A stretch of DNA of 64,000 nucleotides from Octopus vulgaris (lineage: Eukaryota), in assembly GCA_951406725.2 (NCBI GenBank), contig OX597832.1, forward strand, positions 9,238,001 through 9,302,000, written 5' to 3'. The notes under the pieces are model-generated. The model saw nothing but the letters and a program-made list of their open reading frames with translations, did no database searches and was not told the origin of the DNA. How positions within the stretch are numbered: the stretch's first letter is position 1; every line of letters starts with the position of its first letter. The position numbers and the translations under genes were made by a program. Of this stretch, positions 1-15,454 are shown piece by piece.

Positions 1-789
1 CATTATTAAGGTATAGAGCGCTACCGGAAAAATATAACAACTTGGAAACAAAAGACGTAGTAAAAGAAATGTTGAAGGTAGGCAAAGCAAGATTAGTAGA
101 TTCTATTTTCAGACAACACACACAGAATGGAATGTCGTGGTGTAATACAATAACCTTAAAATAAGAGTAATATCAAAATTGGATATGTGTACATTATTCG
201 GATTCAGATTATAAAACTGAGTTTTAAAGAATCAATTTCTGTTAATAATAGCTGGGAAATAAACAGCAAGGAATATATTTAAAAAGAGAAAACTAATATA
301 TTTCTGCGTTTGATTTTATAACGTCGATCTCACAAGATTTTGTGACACTTTTATTGATAATTTCAGTAATGATGGCGCGATATGTGTGAAGATATATAAG
401 TAATCACAAGAGTAAAAGTAATAGGAGTAATATACTGTTTACTGTGGCATGAGAAATGTGTTAGACGATTACAGTACAGCAAATATAAAAATTAGATGCA
501 GTCAACGATATAATCGACACTATTAATATAATGATACGAATTCAATTGATGCTCTTTAAACAACAGTCTAAAATAAATGGAACAATACCGAAGCCGTCTA
601 AAATTCTTTAAAATAATAAAACGATTTTAAGAAAATTTATTCTATATAACAGATTTTTAAGAATAATGCTTCTAATAACAGATATTACCATGAAGCCAGT
701 TAATGTATCTTATTAGCAACTCGTCTCGCAAAATCTTCTAATTAATGATATATATATATATGTATCTGTGTGTGTGTGTATATATACGT

Positions 790-1760
790 ATGTATGTATA
801 TACAATGTTTCAATACTATTGAAGATGTTAACTGGTTTAAAGCAATTAGAAATAAGTATACAGCAAGATTTACACAATTTGATATTGTAGATTGCTATGC
901 ATCTATTTATAGAAAACTGCTAGATAAAGACTTCATTTTCGCAAGCGATTTTACAAAGATTAGTGAACAAGATACGGATATAATGCCCCATGCTAAAAAG
1001 ACCTTAGCTGTCAGCAAGAAAGCAGAGTTGGTCAAGACAATTGACGCAGAGGGTTCTTTCGATGTGAGAATGCGATCATATGATGCAGCAGGCATATGCC
1101 ATCTCTTTGGGCCAGTCCTGCTTCACACGTTATGAAAACATTTACATGGTGTATATCTAACTACTTCTAGGGATGATGCTCTAGATTTAGCTTAAGAGTA
1201 CCCATGGACCCGCGGAAGATCGGTTATGAAAACATTTGATCAACCTGATATTTACGAATTTCCTTGACGTATCTCTAGATTTACAAAAGAATATTTACAA
1301 ACCCTATAGAAAGACCAATGATAGATTTAATTATATTAATGTAGTGTTTATGACTTTAGTCTCCTCCAGTATAAACATATTTAATAATGCCGCCCCACTA
1401 CATAACAATGTCCTTATAGTGAGTGGATTTAATGAGAAAATAGCTTACACATAAGCTATTAGGCTAGAAATAAAGAAAAGGAAACAGAGACACAGGAAGA
1501 AATTTTAATAGCAATCCTTTACTCCCCCGAAATGACCTTTAATATAGGTAAATCTTTCTAGTCCCTTATATATAGACAGACATTTTTCAATACTTCATAA
1601 AGATAGGAAACGTTTTATAGGCAAAATCTAAAACTTAGTCTTAGTTCAACCCTAAATTTAAAAAGCCTAATTAAACACAATCATGCAGAGATAAAGACTT
1701 GTGCCCGCTAAATTGAACCTGTATGACCGAGGCCATTATTTATGAAGACACCATTAATTC
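790..1760 (+). mobile_element. Degenerate Penelope-like element RT (plus start of GIY-YIG region), pseudogenised
   Basis: Broken translations match PLE RT motifs: VNWFKAI..FTQFDIVDCYASI; FDVRMRSYDAAGICHLFG (FDVTMGSYDGAE-type); RDDAL; NFLDVSLDLQKNIYKPYRK; FNNAAPLHNNVL..SGFNEKIAY; and CPLN*TCMTEAIIYE near 1700-1750. Confidence 0.8.
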
Positions 1761-1872
1761 TTCGAACGCTTAATATGTTTTAATTTTTGATATATTTTTC
1801 CTATTCTCCTTTTTAATTATGTGAATGTGTACGCGTGTGAGTATATGTATATGTATGTATATAATTGATATG

Positions 1873-1905
<33 letters not shown>

Positions 1906-2087
1906 TGTTAATTTATTGTGTAGTTTTAGTGAACTGGTTCTCGTAACGTTTACTTTCATTATGCCAGTGCGGCCTACTAATGTTTCGGTTATTATCTATG
2001 TTACACAATACCATATGTGCCCTTAATTCCTTAAAATCTCTTCTAAACTTCATATTAATTGGTGTTCCATGGTTATTTCCGTAGGAC

Positions 2088-2162
2088 CACGGCATATAAC
2101 GTAGTAGTTAAGAGCGCGGTCTACTAACCCCACGATTCCGAGTTCAATTCCAGGCAGTGACT

Positions 2163-2248
<86 letters not shown>

Positions 2249-2397
2249 GACATCAAAAACTACCTAAGTAATGAGAACCTAGGTTCGAAATTTCCCCAAG
2301 ACACCTGATCAAGGCTGGAGGATATATCAGCCGAATCGTTGTGTAAACAACAAACAAGATGAGAACAAATGTCCGTCAAATATAAACAATGTAAACA
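2088..2397 (+). mobile_element. tRNA-like head + (AAT)n + hammerhead element, copy 1
   Basis: tRNA-like segment ~2090-2160 (B-box GAGTTCAATTCC 2140-2151), (AAT)n 2165-2247, and HHR-like motif 2301-2344. Collinear with 28065-28351. Confidence 0.8.
2301..2344 (+). ncRNA. Degenerate minimal type-I hammerhead ribozyme
   Basis: acac CTGATCA a ggctg-gaggatatat-cagcc GAAT cg tt gtgt. Stems I and II are intact; two core substitutions (G8C, A15.1U) relative to the 28242 copy. Confidence 0.65.
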
Positions 2398-3010
2398 ACC
2401 ATAAAAGGTCAGAACAACGGTCGGACAAAGACAAGCCACTAACAGACAGTCCTAAAAGCAAAATTCATCGAAAGATGCTGGTAGTGTTTGTTTGATGGTC
2501 TGGCGCAGGTGTGATCCATTATAATTTCATTAAAGCTGGCTCATCAACCACGGCCGAAATACACTGCAGCCAACTGGACCAAATAATGCAGAAACTTAAA
2601 ACAACCAACCTAGATTAGTCAACAGATCCTCTCCCACTTCATTGCAAGACAACGCCAGACGAAACTATCGCAAAAATGACATTGGCGAAACTACAGAAGT
2701 TGGAGTTGTAAGTTTTTCATCAACCATACTGAACTCATCTTGCCCCCACTGACTACCAGAATTTGGATAAGGTTATAATAGGAAAACATTTAATTCCGAC
2801 GATGCTGTAGAATAGGCCTTCCAAGATTTTATTGACTCTAGATTATCAGGCTTTTACAATTCCAGGCTGGACACGTTACCGCTGAAATGGCAAAAGTGTA
2901 TTGACAATATGGATGCGTACTTTGATAAATAAAACTATTCCTCGTATTTATAAAACATTAGCAAACTTTTTTTTCTGTTCTACAAATTTCATACTTGATG
3001 ACCTAATATA
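2398..3010 (+). mobile_element. mariner transposase 3' relic with probable right TIR
   Basis: PKSKIHRKMLVVFV*WSGAGVIHYNFIK..DNAR..LAPTDY..LPLKWQKCIDNMDAYFDK*; the segment ends in ...catacttgatgacctaata TA. Confidence 0.85.
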
Positions 3011-5013
3011 ATTTGCTCGTGTAGAATGTCATTATGTCGGAAGATATCAGTGACATTTAGTGTATTATACTGTCGTTTCTCATTATGATTTTTGCATATG
3101 TCATATTGCCTCAGGAAATATGAAAAGTTATCCACATGAATTTAAGTTCATGTTATCTCTTTGAAGGCACCGCTTTGAGAGAGAGAGAAGAACATAGAGA
3201 TATGTAAAAATAGATATGCGAGCTTTACTATGTGTGAGTGAATGGTGAGTTTCCCGTGGACACCGTGAGCGATAATAGAAAAATACACATAAAAAATATT
3301 GAAATACTTAAATAGTACGCCAGCGTTTTCAAAATGAGAGTTTCATGGTTGAGCTAGCATGTTGAATTTTCAGGAAAATAGCAAAACATTATATTTCAAC
3401 ATATTTCAACTATTGATAAAATTGCTCTAAGTTAATAATTGCAATTTGTGTTATCATCCCAAAGGGTGAAAAAATATTTGAACTCAACGAGATTTGAACT
3501 GTAACTATATAAATTTGAGTTGAAAATTGCACAATGCCATAGTGTCGAGGTTCTAAGTTATCTTTCACTATGGTCGACAGGATCCACTATCAACATCTCG
3601 TACAATTAAAAGTAAACGATTGCTACCAGAAACTACTTATATGATTTTGTGTCTGAAATTTACTGAGTAAAAATTTATTATACCTTTACTGACACTTCGT
3701 ACTTGGCGGAAACAAGTACAGCACATGTCAACACTTGATGTAAGAATGTTACGTAAAGATCGAGAACACATACCGCAAGTCATTTTCATTGCCGATCTAA
3801 CGCTCCTATCTTCCCATCCCTGTAACTAGATTTCTATGATGTATGGAATCCAGCAGGTGACAATATACAACTAAAGGAAAAAGAATAATATCCACATACA
3901 ATATTTCCAAATAGAGAGAGCAAAATGTGAATAGAAAATGGAAATATACTCTAGGATATTAACGTCTTTAAGTAAAACATTGTAGGCACTCAAAAGTATT
4001 AAGATAACACATAAGAAGTATACATAGTACTGCAATAAATGATATAGCATTAATAATAAAAGTGTATGTTGGTACTTATTTTGATATTTCTACTGTCTAG
4101 TGCTTAACTAGATTTTGAAATAATCAGTTTCTGCCAAAATAAATAAATTAACAGAAGAGAAGACATATAAACTTAGAGAAAACAAACATAGTTGCTGGTT
4201 AAGATTCAAGTCGAATATTTCTAAAATACTGGTTTAAAGTAAAATAACAAAACACAAGACATAGATATATATATATTGGATAATAAAATGAATGGTTTAC
4301 ACCTGGTAGCTTACTGGCAATTCACGGCCACTTTCACAGTGGTCGTTAGGTATATAGCAAATGAAAAAGAAGGCGGAATGTACGAGATTTTTTTATTAAT
4401 TAATCACGACAATTGTTTCGGTATATCTAGCATTGATTCCTTTTGGGTGGGACACTCAACATCTGGTTCACGACTATCGTTGGATGATAAATAAATATCG
4501 TTAAAATGACTGCTCCGCAGTGTATCTACCCATTTTCTAGAGAGAAAAGCAGCCAGACGGAGGAAATATCTTCATTTATATAGAAGAAGAAAATCAAAGC
4601 ACTCTGGATTGCGTGTTCGTTTCTCTTTCTACCATATGTGATTTTATTTTTGATCTTCTATATAAATAAAGATATTTCCTCGGTCTGGATGCATTTCTCC
4701 CTAAAAAAACGGAAAGTTATATTGCTGAACAGTCATTTTAACGAGTTGTATTGTGTTATCACCCGACAAGCTACATCTGACCCACCGGATGTGCCTGAAC
4801 CAGTTGTTGAGTGTTCCTCGCAAGAGAAGTCGATGCTCGATTTGTCGAAACAATTGTCGTGATTAATAATAAATTCTCGTATATTCTATCTTCTGTCTTT
4901 CCTTTGCTACACACACACAAACCCACACACTTGCATATATATTTATATTTATGTATACACACAAACATACATAGATTCTTCTTATCATCATCATTATCTA
5001 CCTCATCATCACC

Positions 5014-5054
<41 letters not shown>

Positions 5055-5082
5055 TATTATTATTATTATTATTATAATTATT

Positions 5083-5401
5083 GAGTGAGAGCAGTGCATG
5101 CCATCAAAGTGACACTGGGGTAAAATATACGAAGCCCAGTATACCCATCATGACTACCCGTCTGATAGGGGTACACTAGGCACATGCATCACAACCAAAT
5201 GTGGGGGACATGGTGATCTCATATCAAGATAAACAGCACATGACCTTGCAGGTGGGGTCCAGTTAGAATTTTTTTCTGTTCGATTAGCCCATCCCGCTCA
5301 AAAGGTCCCTGAATAAGGATTGTTTAAGGATGTTGAACGAAACACCCCTGTTTCCAAAGGTGAATTATTCAAACCCCAAAGAATCCCTCTCAACACATGG
5401 C

Positions 5402-5403
<2 letters not shown>
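5083..5403 (-). mobile_element. (TAA)n-embedded non-coding retroposed repeat, copy A (shortest)
   Basis: Near-identical to 38682-39000 and 40818-41100; flanked on both sides by (ATT)n. Strand inferred from the shared left end and variable right end. Confidence 0.8.
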
Positions 5404-5469
<66 letters not shown>

Positions 5470-6869
5470 CTATTATTATTATTATTTTTATTATTTTTAT
5501 TATTATTATTATTGTTATTATTATTATTATTCGTCACAACTAAAACAGTTCCTGATTAAACCTTCATGACGATTATTTGCACAGTGAATCGCATGTACAG
5601 TGAATGGCGACTAAATAAACACAAAAGCAATGGATATCTTCTAATGATATTCTGCTTACCAGTACATGAACAAGGGTCATATATCTACAGTGAGTAAATA
5701 TGAAACAAAAGCGAAGACAACGTTAACGCTTGATTCATATCAGCATATGCGATTTTAAGCAATGTTATTTATGGAAAGACTTGAAGACGTAATCGAAAAA
5801 CATAAGGAAATAATGTTTCGAAGGTAAATAAATGAGTCTATGTACGTGGAATTTACTCCAGGTTGCAATATTTTATATGAAACATTTCAAGTTGGATGTT
5901 GTGATTATTGGAAAAATTTGCTGATCTCAAAGATTTCAAATCTATTAAAACACAATACGATTTTGCTTGAAGCTGTTTGTGACCTTTCACGCATCATAAT
6001 ATCGTCCCTCATTATAGTGTTTATATATTTGAAATAGCTTTGGGAAATTTTATTTAACAAAAATAGAAAAAAAGCCAGGTATATAATATTTTGTTTCTTC
6101 GTTAGTTTTCAAATAGGTCAGCTAATATGTGCATGTGTGTATATGTCGGTATCTGTATCTTTGGGGATGTGTGTGTTCCTGCATGTGATAATGTACATTT
6201 GTATCTATAGCTTCGTTTCAGTATTATAAGTATGTATGTTTGCATATATTTATATCTGCCAATGCATGTACGTAAATACGTGTGTATGTATGCATGTGTG
6301 TATGTATTCCTATCTGTTTCCATCCCCAACTCAACTCTGTATAAAAAAAAATATATATATATATTGGTTTAGTAATCTATTGATACGTTAAGAGAACTAC
6401 GTTTTTACTGCGAGGAACATATGCCAATACGATGAATAAAGTGAACACATTAACGTTGGTATGCAATTTTCATTTGCTTTTGTATGATGCTGAATTGACA
6501 TCAATGACAACTACCTACAGACACTTCCGTGATTTCATGTTTTTTTTTTGTTAACGACACGTAAACGCACGTTTTCTTGTTTTTTCTCTTTTATTTATTC
6601 AATTTTTTTTTGAATGGAGCAAACTTCACGTATTTTGATTAGTAAAATTCAACTGAGATGCATAGCTCACCAGTGAAATTTGAAAAAGAAATAAAGAGTA
6701 TTGGATGATGCAATGGACAATTCTAGACAGATAAAAAATATATCAATACAACAAAATATAATGCAAATGGATAATCATACAAACGATTCAAACTTCACGC
6801 CAAATCTTGAAGTCTTGAAAGAAAGCATCTGTTTTGAGAAGTATTAATTTAGTCAGTAGAAACTAGCAC

Positions 6870-7241
6870 TTTCATTGAACTAGGACATAGCCAAGTGAAC
6901 ATTCATCCGAACAAGATAAGGATTGACAGGTGCTTCTCATTATCCGTTTCTTTCTTGTAAATATTCGCATAAATTTGTATCAATGGAACAGCCTGCTTCT
7001 GAAATTAATTTGCATTCCGCTGAGCATTCTACAGACGCGTGTACCCTTAACATAATTCCCAGGGTTATTGAGCTTGACACAGCGTGTAACAAATTTGGCC
7101 CTTTGAAATATAAGTATTACTCATATTTGACAGCTGAGTTGACTTGAGCAACGTGAAATGAAGTCTTAATAAAGGACAATACACGTCGACGGGAATTGAA
7201 CTCCGGATCTTGCAATCATGAGCCGAATACTCTAACCGCTA
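6870..7241 (-). mobile_element. tRNA-derived SINE (diverged)
   Basis: Minus strand begins ttagcggttagagtattcggctcatgattgcaagatccggagttcaattccc (A/B boxes), followed by the ttcacgttgctc..actcagctg body shared with 48857-49195. Confidence 0.75.
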
Positions 7242-7933
7242 ATTTGTATAGATTACTTGTATTACAAATCCCCCAAATGCAGGTAGATTCTCACATTTTT
7301 CAGCCTCATATTAATGTTACGCTCGTTTTCTAAGGAAATGCTCTACACAAGTACACACTCACACACACCCGCACATACACAAGATCACACAAACACACAC
7401 ATACATACAAACACAAGCAAAATATTTAGTATTAATTCTACCTCACATCTTTTCTTCACAAACCTGAGTATTATAACTGAAAGCGTAATGTATGCCCTTA
7501 TCGGACAATGTCTTAAGAATAATTGTCCTTTCTGAAAAATATATTTTGGTAAATTTGTATGAAAGCTTTTGATATTATGTATGCTTAAATGATATACGAT
7601 AACGCGCTGCCATATATATATGCATACATATATCTGATCATACCTACCAACGTGTATACAGATGCGTATGTGTTTGTAAGTGTGCACGCATGTAAGTGGG
7701 GTTATGTATGCGAGTAAATAATTCAGAATATTTCTTTGGTATTGATGAAGAAATGTATCAAAGACAAATATGGAATGATTTGAATCGTTTTACTTTCTTT
7801 TAGAAGTGTTGCTGATTCGTATCTCAAATGCTACAAGTCTATGTTTAATTTGAAATATATACTAGAATATACTCAATTAAAGATATATGCTGCTATACAC
7901 CTAATTGCAGAAATAGTATACATACGTACACAC

Positions 7934-8071
<138 letters not shown>

Positions 8072-8144
8072 TAAAAACGAAATACGCTTTTCACATCCAT
8101 GGGATATTACAGTTTTGTATCAATATTATGTAAGTTGTAAAAGC

Positions 8145-8332
8145 AGTTTGCACACCGGGCGAAATACTTAGCGCTATTTCGTCCGTGCTACGTTCTGATT
8201 TAAAATTCCGCCGTGGTCTACTGTGCTTTCATCTTTCAGGATCGATAAAATAAGTAGCAGTGATGAACTGAGATAGATGTAATCGACTAGTCCCCTTCAC
8301 CGAATTTCAAGCCTTGTGACTATTGAAAAAAG
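8145..8332 (+). mobile_element. tRNA-derived SINE, abundant family
   Basis: ccgggcgaaatacttagcgctatttcgtcc..ttctgatttaaaattccgccg..gatcgataaaataagtagcag; homologous to the reverse complement of 52448-52641. Confidence 0.75.
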
Positions 8333-8740
8333 GATTATTATTTAAATTGTAGGAGATTATTTTATTGCAGAACTCCAAGCATTACATGACTAATACATTA
8401 TTTTTGCTAATGTACTTCACTGATATTACTGCATCTTCTTCGAGTCCATTTGCTGAAAAGAAATAATTTTTTATAGGCATGGAGGAAGTTGACGTCGTAC
8501 AGGTGTTTTGGGTTCTAGTAAGTATGTCGATTGAAGAAAGATTACGGAATGGGTAGTAACATTTCGTCAGCTTTTGCAAGGTCGAACGTTTAATATCGAT
8601 ATAATGTCATGCTATATTTTGTGGAACAAAGAAACTAGTTCTACAGACAGGAGCAGAGTGGATGCAGAAATATGTTCATATAAATTGAGAAGACGTTTGC
8701 ATTCACACACACATACACACAGACTTATAAACACAAACAT

Positions 8741-8831
<91 letters not shown>

Positions 8832-9650
8832 AACACACACACATACCGACACGCAGGTATGCAGGCACACGTACGTTATAACTTATAAACTGTGCATGTA
8901 CTATCGCTAGTTCCCCCTGGGTTTAAAGATAATGCTACTGCATTTGTTATCGACATAGATTCTATCTTTATAACCATCCACTTAAATGGTATTACTATCG
9001 TTTTACCATGAATGGAAGTGGAATCTTATAGGAGCTAAATCCTCTTTAAATATAATACTACCATTTTATGCAACTCGGATTCAATGAATAACATAATTTT
9101 AGATACATTATATTTTAGATACACTAAAATTTTACAGTGATGTTCCATCTTAGTTCCCATTTACAGTTCTGATTAAAAGTGTACCAAAACTACAGCGAAA
9201 ATGATGTGCCTTACACTACCATCCCCATTCATAGGTATCACTAAAATTTATACGAAGCTTTCCTATATTAACTGAATATTAGTTGCAAAATTATTGCCTA
9301 ATTCGAGCCTCAGACTTAGTCTTATCCGTTTTAGTGACATTTCAAAGCCTTTGAATTATTCGACATCATTACATTTTACCATTTTTATCAACGCAATTTA
9401 GTTAATGTAGAGCAACAGTAAGAATAGGTATACCCCTCTCTTGTAACTCTGAGTTTGACAGCCCATATATGGTTTGATAAATGCTCTTACATTTGAAGCA
9501 TTCATGCTATTAGTTTTCCGTTCTAATTCATTCTTCAATATTATACATATACACAAACACACAACACGTACACGTATATACTCATGCACATGCAGGGCGT
9601 CACAAACATACATACACCCACCATATATCCATATATATACATGTATATAT

Positions 9651-9715
<65 letters not shown>

Positions 9716-10079
9716 ATAGCTTATCAGGTGTAAATACAGGTTCTACTCATTTTCCCGTTTTACTGTATCTATGTAATCCCATAACTATAATTAATCTTTA
9801 ATTATTAATTTACCTTCAGGTACGCGTATGTCGACCAAGCAATTTACCCTCACCACTACTACCACTCTTCCTTATACATTTTTCACTCTGATGAGTACCT
9901 TTGCAAATAACTCTTACCTAGCATATCCCACACACTTACATCATCCCCATCTTCACAAGTGTTATTACTTCCCTATTTCATCTCCGCTATTCAACCAAGA
10001 CCATTTGAAAACACATCTCTCAGATACTAATTTATGAACCAGTCCCTCCATCTCTTTTCACCTCCCTGTATTCAATTTC

Positions 10080-10740
10080 TAACACCCGTGCATACCTCAA
10101 TAGTCCCAAACCATTAAGAACTCACCTTCATTATTGTACTAAGCACTACAAACTGGATCACCAACTCAACCCCACTCTATCCTCGCTCTATCTTCACCGA
10201 TACATTTCCACGTACCTGAGTAATGTTCGTCTGCGACTGAATTAGACACTTTCCCTATGCCAAATGATTGCCATTCCCTTCTCACTATCTCAACTTCCTA
10301 TAATTCTATAACTTTTAACCCTAAAGTTTGATGCCTATACACAAACCCAACACAGTTGATTACACTTCAATTACTATCTATCTTACGCCAGCTATTCATC
10401 TTCAAACTCTCCACCTCTGCTACTAATTTCCTTAATACCCGCCCTCTTCCTGAACAAGGTATCTTATCTCTGCTCATCATTCCCTGTATTCATGTGTTAA
10501 TACACCCGACATTCTTACTTCCTCCCTCTAATACTGATAGCTCTCCACATTTAAGCATTCCCTCTTTGAACTTCTTTTCATTAAGATCTGAAATGAAATA
10601 CCTTTTCTATCCTGATGACAGAACTTATCCAATGTTGATTGGTTCCCTTATGGCCGCATATTGGGATTAACTACATATACCAATATTATAATGGATCTCC
10701 GAGTCCCCAGAATCAGTTCTTGAACTTAGAACACCTTTCT
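10080..10740 (+). mobile_element. Possible highly decayed PLE 3' end (EN C-terminus plus pseudo-LTR)
   Basis: CT-rich strand bias; LRQLFIFKLSTSATNFLN resembles the PLE C-terminal 'RExxxIFKLxTLxPxGLN' motif; CTGATGA-CAGAACT...AGTTCTT-GAA downstream at ~10612-10725. Confidence 0.35.
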
Positions 10741-11931
10741 TCCACCCCTATAATTTTCTTTTTCGAATTTGGATGTATGAATATAGATGTCTATAAATAT
10801 CTGCACCTTGCTTTCTCTCGTTTTCCATGTATACATATAGCATATTTTTTTACCCAAACTGAAATATTTAATACACCAAATGTGTTTATTCACATAATTG
10901 CCTCTATATCCGATCAAATTTTTACCTCTTAAAACCATTGTTTGTCCCGTGGAGTTGTCCACCTTTAAAGATATCGGAGTCTACGTTTGAAACTTTTGAG
11001 CACTATTAAATGCCTTACATACGGAGTCTCCTGATCTCATCCATGTTTTCTAGATTCGATTAGGAGTAGAAATTCAAGAATAAACTGTGCTGTCAATGTA
11101 TAAGAAAAGCAACATCAGCATATATTGATGCTTGATATAGTAAGATGTAACTTTGCATGAGCGTGTAGTAATTTACAAAATATATGTCTGTACAGGCTGC
11201 AGAGGGGTCAGAATAATTTGTTCGTAAATTACTGCAAGTGTATGTACGTTTACCAGGATGTGTATATGTGTACATTCGTGTAAATATGTATGGCCTTCCA
11301 TAGAACTTATATCTTCATTATATCTAAATAGATTCGTGTGAATGCAATTCATTGCAACAGGAGTATGATTATGCATGTGTTTTATGTAAGATGTATGCTT
11401 GTATATAAGAGTGTGTGACTGCGTGTTTTTGTCTATGTGTATGTGCGTGTGTAAGTGTGCCTGTATATGTGTGAGTGAATGTGCCTGTGTGTCTTTGCCT
11501 GTATATATATATATATATGTGTGTGAGTGTGCCTGTGTGTGTAAATGTGTACGTGAGCATGTGTATGTGCAAGCGTAATTTTCAGATCTGGGAAGCTAAT
11601 CGGAAAATGAGAGAGAAAATAATAATAAAAAAAAGATACCAAAAAAATATAATGATGATTGTGATGCTGCAGCGTCTAATGCTGCTACTGATACCGCCGC
11701 CGACTATGATGACGCCGCCACTGATGCCACTGATGCCGCTGCCACTTCATCTGCTGCTGATTGTGACGATGATGTTGATGAGGATGATGCTGATGATTCT
11801 CATGATGCTGAGGTACGAAATATATTGTGATGATGAATGGATTGTATGTAATAACTTCTTGTGTATTACAAAGATTAAATCGAAAGCAATTCATACATCT
11901 ATACATATACACATACACATATATATGTAAG

Positions 11932-11966
<35 letters not shown>

Positions 11967-12414
11967 AACTATATATATATATATGTATATATATACATAT
12001 ATGCATACCTATTTATGTGTGTGTATATGTATATGTATTTATACATATATATATACATATATATACACACATATATATATGTGTGTGGGTGGGTGTGTTT
12101 GTGTGTGTGTATAAAGAAATTAATCTAAAGTTAGTACATATGGCTATATGCCGTTCACCCATGATATATTTATTCTATATAAATTTCGTGTTTTCATATT
12201 AAATAGCCATTTTTATCTAGATGTGTGTGATTGATATTATTATTATTTTGTATTATTAATGTTTATAAGGGTGCATTTCCATATATTTTCCATGCATTCA
12301 TTCGTATTTCCAAATATTCCTGTGATTATATACATACATATATACATTCATGCATACATATATACAAGCATATATATATATATATACACATGAACTGATA
12401 TATACAAGCATATA

Positions 12415-12497
<83 letters not shown>

Positions 12498-12697
12498 GAA
12501 CACATATATACATGCACATACATACATATGTGGGATTCTGTTTTTTCTTGAGTACGTCCATGTGTATGAATATATGTTTGTATATGTGTGTGTATATGTT
12601 TCTATGTACAGTTATATGTTTATAAACATATACGTATATATATATCTGTTCATTTGTATATACGCTCACAAACGAATATATATACATAGATAAATAC

Positions 12698-12786
<89 letters not shown>

Positions 12787-14040
12787 TATATATATATATA
12801 TATATTCTCGCACATGCACACTTATGTATATAAATGTATATGGAAGCTATGTTTCATTATATTTGTTGTAATAAAAATATTCTTCTGGCCATTTTTGTGG
12901 GGAAAGGGAAATAAAAATCAACTTCTTTGGTAAAAAAACGTTTTCCGATTGAAAAAGATGCGAGAGTTGAGAGAGAGAGGAAATTGAATTTAGGTGATCC
13001 ATCATTAGCGAAGAAGGAAAAAAAAAAAATATCGGCAGGCAAGACCTTTATGAAATAATAGATAAATAAATAACTAGATGCATAAATGTGTGTATGTGTT
13101 TTTGAATCTCATTCGATTTCCCATTCATTCTATCTGAAGAAGAAATTCAATCTTGAAAAATCTATAATGGGTAATCAAAACGCAGGCTCTATGCAATCCT
13201 AGCTACGATCATTTTTCTTCATATTTTTTGTATTGCTTAGTATATTGGTATGAATATTGGTATGTATGTATATATGTATGTATATGTGTGTGGTGTATAT
13301 ATATATATATATATATATATATGTGGGTATTTGGACATTTATTCATGCATATCTATAATCATATATACAAACATAAATACATAAATAATATATCCATACT
13401 TACACACATACTACATCATATATATATACATACTCCCATATATATGCATATGCACACATATACATACACACGGACACTCGCACCCACGCATAGACATATA
13501 TCCTCAATTTTATACCGACCTGCATACTTGCTTTTTTATCGTATTTCTTACATAATTATCGGTTCTGAATTGGCAAGACTTTCCTTAATATTATATATAC
13601 GGTTTTGTATAATTGTTATCCAATGCGGATCTCTTAAGCAATTCAAATTGCCCAAAGGAGCTAAGATCTTAACAGCTAATCTTAAGATCTAGAAGAAGTA
13701 TAAATGAAAATTAATATGTGAACTTATAACTTATGATGTTTGCGAACCGCATTTATATGATTTCCCTCTCAGATATATTGTAGGTTTGGTTCCGCTAGTT
13801 TACATCACTTCTAAATGAAGCAGGGCCATTCATCTTTATGCTGAGAACAGCAAAATAATCCAAATGCGTCATTAGAACCTTTCCTTGAGGAGAGATAAAA
13901 TATCAATTTACACTCAAGGATGTACAATTATGTGAATGGGAAATGAAGAAATGTTTATTTAAGATGATCAAGATGTCATGTATTCTAATTAGCAGAGGAC
14001 TGGCATTGGTCTGACAGAAAGAGGGAGAGGGATATATATT

Positions 14041-14232
<192 letters not shown>

Positions 14233-15264
14233 GAAAGAGAGGAGGAGTGAGTGAGGCAGAAAGTGAGACATTGAGAGAGAGAAAACAATAAGGACGATTG
14301 GAGGAAATTCATAAAACGTTGAGTGTTTCGGAGCTGGTATTAACAAAATATACTAAATACGTATAAGCAAAGCATGCACATATATATACATAATTTGCTC
14401 AACCATCTATATATATATATAAATATGTGTGTGTGTGTGTCTGTGTGTGTATGTATATATAATATGTATGCGCATACAGTCAAAGACATACATGTTCACC
14501 CAAACGTTTATACAGGCGTGGTTGCATGCGTAAGTGATTATTTATCCATGCATATCTGATAGGGTCAGAATCGTCAAGAGATCAGTTGAAATCGCAGAAA
14601 ATACAGCCAATCTCCTTGAAACATACAAAAAAACAGAACCACATCTTACATTTCAGAATTTGTTGTAAAATAGAGAACATTTGATTATTAATACAATAAT
14701 TTAGAGAAATGTTTACACAGAGCCGTATGCTCTATGCAGTCACACCGACGGCTAAACATAGGAACAACAATCCCCCCTCAAATTACACCCTGATTTTATT
14801 AATGGTATTTGCTATGCTTTTAATTTTTTGAATTGGAAGACTACACGAGTTTGTGATTAAGAAAATAAAGACAATTGGATTCACATCTGGAAAGGGAATA
14901 ATATCTAATCTGAGTATTATCAAACATAAAACAATATAGTATTTTAAAATTCTAAATCATATTCGCAGAAGACGGACAATACAAGATAGAAATTGTTCCA
15001 CTCGAACTGAGGGCTGTTAATTCACCGATAAGCCTAATAATTTATTCTCAGTCCTCTCATATTCAGAAGGGGGCTGGATACGAAAGAGTATATGTTATGT
15101 CACAGTCAAGGTTCATACAGTTATATGAATTGTCTAACCATCAGAGTAATGATATATGCTGAACTCGAAAACCTCTGTCATTTTAACTCTGTCATTTTTC
15201 GACAGAAAATTGCTAATTCATGGGCATATAAACAAAAGATGCAAAGCACCCTCATTATATATAT

Positions 15265-15454
15265 CATGAGGGGGTCCTGATAAGCTCCTTGCATTAAGGG
15301 TGTCGTGAATGGCCGAGTTCTTTTACAAGGCTTATAACACTGAAAAACCGTTGCAATATGTGTTTGACTCTGAGAGTAAAATACATTGAATAAAATCATA
15401 ATTGTTCCGTGTTTTCTTCTACCGAAAGCCTGAAGGGTTTAGCACACGCTCGTA
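15265..15454. mobile_element. mariner-type MITE relic
   Basis: Imperfect TIRs catgagggggtcctgataagctcc / gggtttagcacacgctcgta in a TA context. Confidence 0.45.

Noticed and set aside
4638-4862. Possible host exon (TRQATSDPPDVPEPVVEC...)
   Set aside because: No recognisable domain, and no convincing splice sites or partner exons.
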